A stretch of DNA of 62,393 nt, counting the filler, from Chiloscyllium plagiosum (Eukaryota): assembly GCF_004010195.1 (NCBI RefSeq). It is 4 parts of one record of this genome, joined end to end, with 100 filler letters (N's around TTAATTAATTAA, not from the genome) between each part and the next. Parts side by side here need not be neighbours in the genome. Positions count along the whole stretch, not along the records: positions 38,635 to 51,651 come from NC_057717.1; positions 51,752 to 62,393 come from NC_057717.1; 2 more parts are not named here. One strand, written 5' to 3'. The translations under genes were made by a program, and so were the position numbers. Positions 50,993 through 62,106 of the stretch are shown in pieces; position 1 is the first letter of the stretch; every line of letters starts with the position of its first letter. The notes beneath the pieces were generated by a model, which was not told the DNA's origin, did no database searches, and was given only the letters and a program-made list of their open reading frames with translations.

Positions 50993-51651
50993 ACTTTCTC
51001 TGTGACATTCTCCACGATCTCCAACCCACCCTTACACTGCAAAGTTCTCCACCACCGACAACCCTCTGCATTCGTATAGTATGCTCTAGCAACTGCACCC
51101 ACTCCCTGCCCTTGTATCATTCTCCAGCAATGACACTCACACGCTATCCCTGCAACAATCCCCAACACTGACAACCACTCCTCATCCCTTTGCTATTCTC
51201 CAGCACCTACACCCCTTCATATCGCTGCAGCACTGACTCCCAATCCTTGTCGGTATTCCCCAGCTTCTATACCCCTTCATATCCTTGCAACATTCGACAG
51301 CACCTACACACATTCCCTTTCGCTGTAACATTTTCTAGTTACTACACACACTCAATATCCCTAAAATATTCTCCAGCAGCTTAACTCCTCTCTCTCTGAA
51401 CCATTTTCCCTCACCTACACCCAATCGTGATACTCGTAACATTCTCCAGCAACGACAGCACTGGCTGATCTACATTACTCGCACTGTAGCATTTCCAGTC
51501 AATATTTGGCAAGTTTCAGTCCTCCATAACAACTACACTGGTACTTTCGTTACTATACACAATCGTTTTCGCAGTCCTTTTATCTATATTTGCGAACTCT
51601 TTGGAGGTCCATAGTTTGATGCCATCTCTCTAGCGTTCCCAGCGATTTTGG

Positions 51652-51751
51652 NNNNNNNNNNNNNNNNNNNNNNNNNNNNNNNNNNNNNNNNNNNNTTAAT
51701 TAATTAANNNNNNNNNNNNNNNNNNNNNNNNNNNNNNNNNNNNNNNNNNNN
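51652..51751. other. Artificial scaffolding linker
   Basis: N44-TTAATTAATTAA-N44. Confidence 0.97.
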
Positions 51752-51910
51752 GAGAGAGAGAGACCAGAAGACAGAGAGTTGAAGGGGAGATATCATGGGA
51801 TGTGAGGGAGAGAGAGGGGAGAGAGAAATAGAGAGGGAAAGAGAGAGATGAAGAGATGAGTGTGAGGATAATAGAAACTGGAGAGCGAGAGAGTGAGGAA
51901 GAGAGAGAGG
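51752..51910. repeat. GA-rich simple repeat
   Basis: (GA)n-derived purine tract. Confidence 0.8.
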
Positions 51911-53049
51911 TAAAATCCATCCCCTCTTTCAGTTTATCGAAGTGGCTCAGAACCATGAGTCCCTACAGTTGCAATTGCAGTCAGCGTGCAGGGAACTCTT
52001 TCAAAACCCTCCCACGGGACTCTCGCCTTATTCCCCCTAATACCCCAAAATTACCGTCCCAGACGAGATTGCTGCTGTTGTCGCCTCGCAATCGAGCAGG
52101 AAAGCTATCAAGGGGCAGAATGTTGTTTGAAAAATCGTTGCAGTTCGCGCTACTTATCCAGAAGTATCTAGTTCATGTACTCAACAGGACCTAATGTCTG
52201 GATTGCAACTGCTGGTAAAAGCATCTCACTATTCACAGAGTTTGGTAATAAATAACTTGCTTGTCCCAGGATTATGATAGATGAAACCACATTTGATAAT
52301 CATTGGACCAACTCTGACATCTGCCGCATGCTTCAAGATGCCCTGATCAGCTCTTGTGCCTCACACGTTTAATTGGCTCATACACATCTGCAGTATTTAT
52401 TGGTGCTTGCCTCAAGATGTCCAGGCTTTAGTGAATTTAGCCAATGGGACACATTGGGCGACCATTAAAGACTTCATTGTGTTTTCCCCTGAGTCATCGA
52501 ATACTGTAGAAGCACGGACAAATTGGCTTGAAACGTCATTAGAATTGAAACTCTCTAATGTTCACTGTTCTGGAACGTTAATGTTTCATGACAATTGGAA
52601 TCACCAAAATCTAAAAACTTAAATAGAAACAAAGTTGCCTGGGAGTGAGAGAGATCCCCTCAGGGCCGAGGCACTGAAACTTGCAGAGTGGTTTTTTTTT
52701 GTGGTTTAGAATAGATGCACATTTGCTTATTGCTGATTGAATATTTACGTTTTGTTCCCTGAAGCTCAAAATCCAGGCATATTGTTCTCATTGACTATGA
52801 CAGCAAGACTATCAATTGTTAACTCGACATATTTTTATGTTTTCATGAAGTTCAAGTCAGTTCAATAGGGCAGGAGACGACATTACAATCTCAAAAACAA
52901 TCATTTTCATTAGATTTTGCAACATTTGACACCAGTATAAACCTGCTCTCAACTCTCCCATAATTTCTGTTACTGCCACTCATCGATGTCACCTCTGAAC
53001 GCCCCAGGTGTTGGACCAATTAAACGATTGAGTGAAGTGAGAGAAAGCT

Positions 53050-53549
53050 NNNNNNNNNNNNNNNNNNNNNNNNNNNNNNNNNNNNNNNNNNNNNNNNNNN
53101 NNNNNNNNNNNNNNNNNNNNNNNNNNNNNNNNNNNNNNNNNNNNNNNNNNNNNNNNNNNNNNNNNNNNNNNNNNNNNNNNNNNNNNNNNNNNNNNNNNNN
53201 NNNNNNNNNNNNNNNNNNNNNNNNNNNNNNNNNNNNNNNNNNNNNNNNNNNNNNNNNNNNNNNNNNNNNNNNNNNNNNNNNNNNNNNNNNNNNNNNNNNN
53301 NNNNNNNNNNNNNNNNNNNNNNNNNNNNNNNNNNNNNNNNNNNNNNNNNNNNNNNNNNNNNNNNNNNNNNNNNNNNNNNNNNNNNNNNNNNNNNNNNNNN
53401 NNNNNNNNNNNNNNNNNNNNNNNNNNNNNNNNNNNNNNNNNNNNNNNNNNNNNNNNNNNNNNNNNNNNNNNNNNNNNNNNNNNNNNNNNNNNNNNNNNNN
53501 NNNNNNNNNNNNNNNNNNNNNNNNNNNNNNNNNNNNNNNNNNNNNNNNN
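53050..53549. other. Assembly gap (500 N)
   Basis: Run of N. Confidence 1.
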
Positions 53550-53626
53550 GACGAACGTTTCTGATAATTTAATGTCAACTACCTTGTCTTTACTCCGTGA
53601 CAGCTCTCTTGATTCCACCTCTAGCT

Positions 53627-54583
53627 ATCCGAGCTTGTTACTGCACAGTAAGTCAAAATTCCTGGATCTACTTCCTCCCTCATCGGGAGTAAAATTACCA
53701 CAAGGCTGCTGCATTGGTTTGTGACCATGTAGAAAAAGAAAAGGTCTGCAGTCCGGTTTCTGTTAAGAAGTGGGAACAGAAATTGCTCACACAGAAGGGT
53801 CAGGATGTGACCGTATTTATTAAGTGAGAATGAGCCAGTTTCCTCATAACATTAAACGGCATTACCATACCTGAGCCTTCAATATACAATGGGCCAAAGT
53901 TACCATTCACCAATGGCAACAGGTCCTGAACAAATAAATTTAGTCTCAGTAGAGATTTCATCATACAATTTCGAAATTGCGACGCATTGATTCGGGAGAA
54001 CACAGGTATTCCCCATTTGGATCAATTCCTGTTATGTTGGCTGACGAAATTTTAGTATTTTATCATCGAGTCGTTAACTCCTGGTTCAATGTATTGATAA
54101 AGGAATCCGAGCTTGTTACTGCACAGTAAGTCAAAATTCCTGGATCTACTTCCTCCCTCATCGGGAGTAAAATTACCACAAGGTTGCTGCATTGGTTTGT
54201 GACCATGTAGAAAAAGAAAAGGTCTGCAGTCAGGTTTCTGTTAAGAAGTGGGAACAGAAATTGCTCACACAGAAGGGTCAGGATGTGACCTTATTTATTA
54301 AGTGAGAATGAGCCAGTTTCCTCATAACATTAAACGGCATTACCATACCTGAGCCTTCAATATACAATGGGCCAGAGTTACCATTCACCAATGGCAACAG
54401 GTCCTGAACAAATAAATGCAGTCTCAGTAGAGATTTCATCATACAATTTCGAAATTGCGACGCATTGATTCGGGAGAACACAGGTATTCCCCATTTGGAT
54501 CAATTCCTGTTATGTTGGCTGACGAAATTTTAGTATTTTATCATCGAGTCGTTAACTCCTGGTTCAATGTATTGATAAAGGAA
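53627..54583. repeat. 478-bp near-identical tandem duplication
   Basis: atccgagcttgttactgc at 53627 and 54105; twin ORFs 53800-54003 and 54278-54481 differ at three residues. Confidence 0.93.
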
Positions 54584-55755
54584 ATATTATTGCCACGAAA
54601 ACTCACAATCAGCCACAATTAATCACTCGTCGGTTTCACGAACGCTTTACATACTCTTCTTCTTGTTTTCTTTCTTTGTGAACACCATCACATGGTTTGT
54701 ATTTGATGACTGATCATGAACCAGAAATATTCGATAGTCAGAAAAATTCTGCACTATTTGATTTGATTCGTGATATTTTCTCTGCGTATGTCCTGTGCAA
54801 TCATAAGGTCTATCCCCGCTCTTTTCCTTCAGAGTGAGCTGGTGAATGGTCTTCACAAAAAATAATGTTCCCTCTTGCAACTATGAACTGTTCTGGAACA
54901 TAGTCCAAAACTGTTAGACGAATATCGTTTCATGCTTGTGCGGGCAATACACTTTATTATTATTGATCACTTGATGCAATGTAGGTGACTACTGAATGTA
55001 TTTTATTTCACAAAACATAACATTGAAGACTTTGTTATGGACCAGAAAGTAACATTTGAAATTAACTTTATCTCATATTTTAACGGCAACTGTGGAATGG
55101 ATGCACCAGATGTGATGCAGCTGGTCAAACCATTCTGCTTTTATTAAAATAGCATGTATTTTTACGCTACAGTTTAAACACACACAAAAGAAAATGGAAT
55201 TCAGAATGGCTTAACCACTGGAAAGGTTAATCAACCCAATACAGAAAATCTACCCAGGAATTGCTCCAATCCAGAAACGTCCCATAAGCGCACCACTTAG
55301 TCAATTGATAAATTCAAACATACATGTTTATGGGCTGGAGGGAACGACATCAAAAGCAATTTCAGAGAGTCAAACCAGTCAAGAATCATCTGTTGAAGCT
55401 TGCTATCTTTCTCTGGACGGTGGCAACTTCTCTGCTGAACCAGCAGCTTCTGACAGTTAACGCAAAACCAAATTAGAAAAACAACGCATTGGGAGAACTG
55501 GACTTTTATCTGCCATTGTTAACGTAGACATTTTGATGCATCTGTCTTTGTCAGTTCTCTTTTTAAAAAAAATCTCCAAGGACACGTAAATTTTTTTCAA
55601 GGGACAGCATCGCCAATGATTTGGAGCTGCAGTGACTAATGCGTCAATATTTGTCTTCATAGATCAATTTAATATTCGTGAGTGTAAAATCCCTCTGCCG
55701 CGTTCTTACTACTCAGCCCAACCTGCAACATTGCTAGTTCGGAACTCACCCATAT

Positions 55756-55910
55756 CCCACACTCCATTTGTTATGGTTCCAAAAATTTATCCAAAATGTT
55801 TTTTTTTTTCTCATTTATACCTATTTACTACCCATTTCCCACACTCCATTTGTTATGGTTCCAAAAATTTATCCAAAATGTTTTTTTTTTCTCATTTATC
55901 ACCTATTTAC
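55756..55910. repeat. ~82-bp tandem duplication
   Basis: cccacactccatttgttatggttccaaaaatttatccaaaatg(t)nctcattta occurs twice. Confidence 0.85.
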
Positions 55911-57049
55911 TGTTGTGCAAAACGAAACCAAGCAGTTTCTTTTTTAGTTATAAGAAATGTGAAATGATCCACCCTCGTGATGCACAGAGAAAACGGTAAT
56001 AAGACAACATTGAGTTTCCCAAGCCGACAGAAGACGTATTTGGGAAGTATTGGAAGAGTGTCCTTCCTCTCGGCGTCTCAGTGAAATACTTCCGTGAATA
56101 GAGTTTTTTTGTCAGCATTGTCTTGAAACAGCTGGATCGTGTGCTCGTCGTCAGCGTCTGGGAGGTTTTTTCTGTCTGTTGGCGAAACAAATGGTCGATT
56201 TAAAGGAAAGCAAACTGACTTATTCTGCTGCAAGACTGCAAGCTCGTAGGATCAAATTTTCGACAAATAGAACACTACGTCATGTTAATACTTACGAGTT
56301 TTATTGATTCCAGGGTGCGACAGTGATACACAGTTTCTGAGGAGAGTATACTACAAGAAGAAAGAGCAGGAAGGAAACGAAATAAACGTACATTATCCCA
56401 TATTAAACATTTTCGAAATATTTAATTTAAAGAAGAGCTCAAAGATGTCATGTTTTATTTGTTTCTATTTCGCGAATCCCAACACCGATCAGTTGACGGG
56501 TCCAGCATGTGCTTAGCATTTTTAAGGATTTAATCCAGTTGCCGGAAGCGCGGGTTTCTGAGCTGAAGAGGTACTCGGGATATTGTGGATTATCCATAAA
56601 GTTCAGAGAAAAGCAAGGTGTCGATAGCGCAGATTTAGACTCCATTGGCAGAAAGGAAAAGTGAAACATTTGGCAGCCTAGGAGAACCAGGTAGACAGTG
56701 CACGAAAAGCGTTGTGCCCAGAGCGACAAAGGGCATCTTAAAAGTGAAGGGAAATCAGCCATTTTTAATGTTGCATGTTATTGCAAAAATCACAGACCGG
56801 AAACATATTGCAGGTAGATAGAAAGCAGGTTGAAAAATAGCCCCAGTACTTTACATCTTTCAGAATCTCTCTTAATGCCATATGAGGGCCAGAATATAAG
56901 TAGTCGGGCGTATGGCGGGAAGACATGCCAAACGATACGGTTGGTGCTGGAGAGGTGAAGATGCCTGGAGTATTCGGGAATGGTTTGCAGAAAATAGAAC
57001 AAATATAACATGGTAAAAACAATGACTGCAGATGCTAGAAACGACAATC

Positions 57050-57153
57050 TGGATTAGTGGCGCTGGAAGAGCACAGCAGTTCAGGCAGCATCCGAGGCGC
57101 AGTAAACTCGGCTGCTGCCTAAACGGCTGTGTACTTCCAGCACCACTAATCCA
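57050..57153. repeat. Imperfect inverted repeat (47-bp arms, 10-nt loop) of Penelope-like pLTR sequence
   Basis: tggattagtggcgctggaagagcacagcagttcaggcagcatccgag pairs with ctcggctgctgcctaaacggctgtgtacttccagcaccactaatcca. Confidence 0.9.
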
Positions 57154-58399
57154 AACACAACATGGATCGAGTGCACCTGGGGAAGAGAGGTAATGATACC
57201 CACAATCGATTACTGCTCCAGTGGTTGGAAAGTACGTGAACTAAATCGACAGAATCATGTAAAATATGCGCAAGGCATCAAGGGAGGAGAATCAAGGACA
57301 AAATGAGTAAATATAAATGTGAAATAAGTACAACGATAAGCAAAGACGTCAAATGTCAGAATCAAAGAAGGACATAGTTTAACAAGCATCAGTCGGCTAA
57401 TGAATTTTGAAAAAAAAAAAGTAAGCCTGATAACTCTGCATAAATGGAAGAATCAATTCAACTAAAGTGGATATGTCACCACACAAACGAATGTAAAAGT
57501 TATGACTTGGATGGGATAAAGTGAGCATGGCTGCAGGATGACTAGGAATGTGTCCTGAAATCTGGTATTTAGGAAGAGCCGATTAAGAGAACAGATGTTG
57601 AAGTTTCATTCCATTTACAACAACAAATAAAAGCAGTATTGAGACAAGATAGCAGGGTCAGTGTAGAACGATACAACATGATTTTATGAACGGTGTAGAG
57701 AAAGTTTGCCGCAAAGTTGTGTCGAAGAAACGAAGCAGTTCAGCCACGAACGATTATGAGGAAATGATAAATGAATAATTAATTTTGTGGGAGACGTTTT
57801 GGTTATGAACAGTGCAATATGAGAGAATTTTAATCAATGTCAAAAGAGAGGGATTTAAATTTCCGACTTTAATCCAGAACCTAAAATTCAAATGAAAAAA
57901 TGGTGTGAGCCTTCAATTAGTTATGTTGGACTGGAAAATGTTACTGAAGGATTTATATTAAATGAGTAGTTGTAAACATTCAAAGAGCAAATGGATGAAC
58001 TAAAAAGTTTGTTTACTCCTTTCTGGTATTTGACAAAAAGAGAAAATTGATGAAAACATGATTGGGATGGAACTTTGAGATTTCTTTTCCAGTTCAAAAT
58101 AACGGCATGCAGAGATGCAAGATAAGAAAACACGTCTGGACTGGGAACAATTTGCCAGTTAGTAATGCAGGAACAGAAGGATTAATTAAGAAGAAGAATG
58201 GAGAGTAGGTAATTAAGTTTTTCTGGAACATATGAACTAACTGAAAGGATTTGTGATGTCTTGTAAAGACAAGCAAACCGATGCAAACTGAAGTAGTTCC
58301 CTTTCAGTAAGACACAGGAATACCTACTGTTCTTCAAAAAAAGCTTGACAAATCTAAAACACACAAGAAAGCCTCTGCCGTCACATAATAAAACAAAGA

Positions 58400-59880
58400 T
58401 AACTTTTCTTTATTTGATTATGGGGCATGGACGACGCTGGCTGACGTGTTACCCGTACTGAACGTTGTTTTTATGCTTTCGTCTTAAACTGTTACAGACC
58501 AGATGTTGCGGGGACAGTCACAGGGATGGAGTTCCAGGATTTCCACCCAGTGAATGAAGGACAAAATTTTCCATGTCAGAATGGCAATTGGTTTGGAGGA
58601 GAACTTGCAAGTGATTGCCTCACTATGTGCCTGTTCCTTCTTCTATTTTGAAGAGAAAGCGTTCGTGAGGTTAGAAGACCCTGCCAAATGATATTTCATG
58701 TCTGTCCTCAATGCATCTTGCAACAAGTATACAATGTTGGAAATGGCATTGGCCCAAGCCAACACACTACTTTGTTCAGTTTGGTGTCAAAAACCTTGAC
58801 TATTTTTGGAGTGAAATACGTTCCATAATATTCCTGACTTTATCGTTTTAAACGGTTGACAGGCTTTGTTGAGTCAGGAAAAGAATGAACCGCTGCAGTA
58901 TCCATAGCATCTGGCCGTCACTTGTCCCCATTGTATTTATATGGCAGGCCAGTTGAGTTATGAGTCGATAACAATGCCCCATTGGGAACAGTGGGGAATT
59001 CAGTTATTATAACGTCAATAAATGCAAGGGCCAGTGATTCCATTTGCTCTTATCATTTACTGTCGTTTTACTTGACATTTGGCAGTGCAAGCCTGTATAT
59101 TCTCCAGATCACTTTGCATTGATCATCAACTGCCTGCTGAATCTGACGAATCATGAATGGTGATGGCTATTGTGGAATAATCGACAAACATCCCCAGTTA
59201 TAAAGCGAATGTCATTGATAATTGAACTGCACTACACGAGGAACATTTGGTAAAATGGCTTTGGAAATGATATGAGTGACATTCAGTGAGCACTACAATC
59301 TTACTCTCAGCGAGCTATAAATCTAACTAGCAGAGAATTTTTCATCTGATTACCATTGACACCAGTATTGATCAGCTACTTGTTGACACACTCTTTGCAA
59401 TGCAGCCAGAATGTCTCGTGGCGTCACATTCACCATACCTCTGGAATTCAGCTCTTGTGTCCATTATTTAACAAAGTATAGAATGTGTTCAAGAGAAGAA
59501 TGAACCCAAATAGGATCCAGCGCACAGATTATTTCTGAGCAGGTGCTGCTTGATCAGACTATAAACAATTATTCTGTTTATCGACGGAGAGCAGGTGCAA
59601 TGGTATGTAGCCAGGTTATACTTGTGTTACCTTTTCCGTATACAACATACACGGGTATTTTTTTCTTATTGTTAGATATCTGTGTTGTAATTGTACGCAA
59701 CAGCTTGGCGAGGTGATCATCAAGTTCTGGAGCTTCAGTACTGTTTGACAGAATGTTGTGTCGACATTCAACCATTCCTTCATTTTACTTGGAGTAAATC
59801 AAATGAGCTCAACGCTGCGATCTCTCATTCTGGATACAGGCAGAGGAGAGGAGTTCGATCATCAACTTGGCACTTTGCAC
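58400..59880 (-). mobile_element. Old non-LTR retrotransposon RT to 3' tail relic
   Basis: Antisense LINE-like sequence (ggaattcagctcttgtgtccat, cagcttggcgagg...ttctggagc = APEL...LAKL); probably the same family as 7770-8800. Confidence 0.55.
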
Positions 59881-59899
59881 TTAAGATAGATGAGGAACA

Positions 59900-60802
59900 C
59901 GGGTCTTGTGAAATGGAAAAAGCTAAAGGAGATCATTGCCAGGAGAGAAATGGCATCGCAAAATTAATAGGATTGAAGGCTGATAAATTCCCAGTACTGA
60001 TAATCTCTATCCAAGAGTCAATAATGAACTTGCCCTTCGAAATAATAGAAGCCTTCGTGGTATTTCTCCATCATTCTTTAAACACGGAATCTTTTCCTCA
60101 AAATAGTGAGTTAGGTCTTGTGACCCTATTACTAAAAGCTTGGCAGTGATAAAAAGGGAATTATAGTCCAGTGAATCTGACTTTGGTGGTCGCGAAGATG
60201 TTAGAGACCATCGTCAACTACTGTTCGTGTGCACAGTCGTTCGAAAACATCAGTAGAATCTGACACAATCAGCCGAATTACAGAATTAGATTGGACAGAG
60301 GGGAACGTCATGTTTTTCCATGGAACGGAGGAGATTGATTGGGTTACATTATTGAGATTTATAAAATAATGAAGGGCACTGATAACACTAATATCAAAGT
60401 CCTTTTCCTTCAGGTAGACAATTTCAAAAAAAGAATACATCAGTTTAAGGTGAACGGGCAAAGAGTTGAAAGTGCAAGAGGGGTAACATTTCATACAGAG
60501 GTTAGTATATTTATGATTAAACTGCCAGAGGAAGTGGAAGATACAAGCATAGAAACAACATTTGATATTTGGACAGGGACATGAATCGGAAGTATGTAGA
60601 TAGATTTGGGCCAAACGCAGGTAAGTGGGAAGACTTTAGACTGGGATGCATAGTCGAAGTGATGGATTTGAACTAAGTGGCCCATTTCAGTGCTGTATGC
60701 TTGTACAACTCTCAATGACCACCCATGCTTTACAATTGTACAAACATATTTCAAGTACTTAATGGGTGATGTGGCTTATTTGGACTTTCAGAAAGACTTC
60801 GA
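59900..60802 (+). mobile_element. CR1 LINE fragments
   Basis: KLIGLKADKFP, ttatagtccagtgaatctgact (YRPVSLT-like), IEIYKIMKG.D, and gcttatttggactttcagaaagacttcga (YLDFQKAFD-like). Confidence 0.75.
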
Positions 60803-61019
60803 GGAGAAAGTGAGGTCTGCAGATGCTGGAGAGCAAAGTTGAAACTTTATTGCTGGAACAGCACAGCAGGTCAGGCAGCATCCAGGGAACAGGAGATTCG
60901 ACGTTTCAGGCACAGGCCCTTCTTCAGGAATGAGCAGAGAGTGTTCAGCAGGAGAAGATAAAAGGTAGGGAGGAGGGACTTGGAGGAGGGGCGTTGGAAA
61001 TGTGATAGGTGGAAAGAGG
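60803..61019 (-). mobile_element. Penelope-like pLTR, well preserved
   Basis: Same family as 23180-23400, 36633-36726 and 38971-39093, adjacent to PLE RT sequence; contains an intact hammerhead core. Confidence 0.85.
60896..60931 (-). ncRNA. Minimal type I hammerhead ribozyme motif
   Basis: ATTC CTGAAGA A GGGC CTGT GCCT GAAA CG TC GAAT: stem I ATTC/GAAT, core CUGANGA, stem II GGGC/GCCT, GAAA, palindromic ACGT stem III, and GUC cleavage triplet. Confidence 0.78.
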
Positions 61020-61269
61020 CCCCACCTACGTTCGTGACACCACCCACGCCCTCCACCTCCTCCAGGATTTCCGCTTCCCCGGTCCCCAACGCCTCATCTT
61101 CACCATGGACATCCAGTCCCTGTACACCTCCATCCCCCATCACGAAGGACTCAAAGCACCCCGCTTCTTCCTTTCCCGCCCTACCACCCAGTACCCTTCC
61201 ACCGACACCCTCCTTCAACTGACCGAACTGGTCCTCACCCTGAACAACTTTTCTTTCCAATCCTCCCAC
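61020..61269 (+). mobile_element. Penelope-like RT fragment (inverted relative to flanks)
   Basis: [40 protein letters not shown]...LTELVLTLNNFSF, the PLE RT motif A region. Confidence 0.9.
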
Positions 61270-62103
61270 GAGGTGTGGGCGCAAGTGTTGCACCTCCTGC
61301 GGTTGCAAGGGAAGGTGCCGGGAGTGGAGGTTGGGTCGGTGGTGTGTGTGGATCTGACAAGGGAGTCGCGGAGGGAGTGGTCTCTACGGAAAGCTGATAG
61401 GGGAGGGGAGGGAAATATATCCTTGGTGCTGGGGTCTGTTTGGAGGTGTCGGAAGTGACAGCGGATGATGCGCTGTACATGGAGATTGGTGGGGTGGTAG
61501 GTGAGGACCAGTGGGGTTCTGTCCTGGTGGCGGTTGGAGGGGCGGGGCTCAAGGGCGGAGGAGCGGGAAGTGGAGGAGATGTGGTGGAGGGTACCGTCGA
61601 CCACGTCGGGGGGGAAATTGCGGTCCTTGAAGAAGGAGGCCATCTGGGATGTACGTATTTTGAACTGGTCCTCCTGGGAGCAGATGCGGCGGAGACGAAG
61701 GAATTGGGAGAATGGGATGGCGTTTTTACAGGGGGCAGGATGGGAGGAGGTGTAGTCCAGGTAGCTGTGGGAGTCGGTTGGTTTGTAGTAGATGTCCGTG
61801 TTGATTCGGTCGCCTGAGATAGAAACAGAAAGGTCTAGGAAGGGGAGGGAGGAGTCCGAGACTGTCCAGGTGAATTTGAGGTTGGGGTGGAAGGTGTTAG
61901 TGTAGTGGATGAACTGTTCAACCTCCTCGTGGGAGCACGAGGTAGCGCCGATACAGTCATCAATGTAGCGAAGGAGAAGATGGGGGGTGGGGCCAGTGTA
62001 GTTGCGGAAGATGGATTGTTCCACATACCGTCATCAATGTAGCGAAGGAAAAGATGGGGGTGGGGCCAGTGTAGTTGCGGAAGATGGAGTCATCAATGTA
62101 GCA
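61270..62103 (-). mobile_element. Penelope-like RT C-terminal half, thumb and linker
   Basis: Open frame with RYIDDCIG, LPFLD, YYKPTDSHSYLDYTSSHP, AIPFSQFLRLRRICS and PCNRRRCNTC; it stops just before the GIY-YIG domain. A local repeat of the YIDD-encoding segment lies at 62030-62103. Confidence 0.93.
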
Positions 62104-62106
62104 ATG

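Larger units (their letters stand above)
47725..51500. repeat. Degenerate 38-bp C-rich minisatellite (consensus ~CCCTGTAACATTCTCCAGCACCTACACCCACTCCCTAT), interrupted at ~49920-50995
   Basis: tgtaa at 48444 and 48482; the motif recurs throughout 47725-49900 and 50995-51500. Confidence 0.92.

Noticed and set aside
47720..51384. Pro/Thr/His-rich ORFs
   Set aside because: Translations of the 38-bp minisatellite.
15747..53618. Long ORFs containing X runs (15747, 20713, 28236, 52970 etc.)
   Set aside because: They are open only because they cross N gaps.
56535..56580. CCGGAAG ETS-like motif with CpGs as a housekeeping promoter
   Set aside because: Single short motif, no CpG island and no linked recognisable exon.
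61215..62024. 269-aa ORF as a host gene or telomerase-like RT
   Set aside because: It is a Penelope-like RT fragment without its own start (GTG at a rearrangement junction); its last residues read into an inverted fragment.
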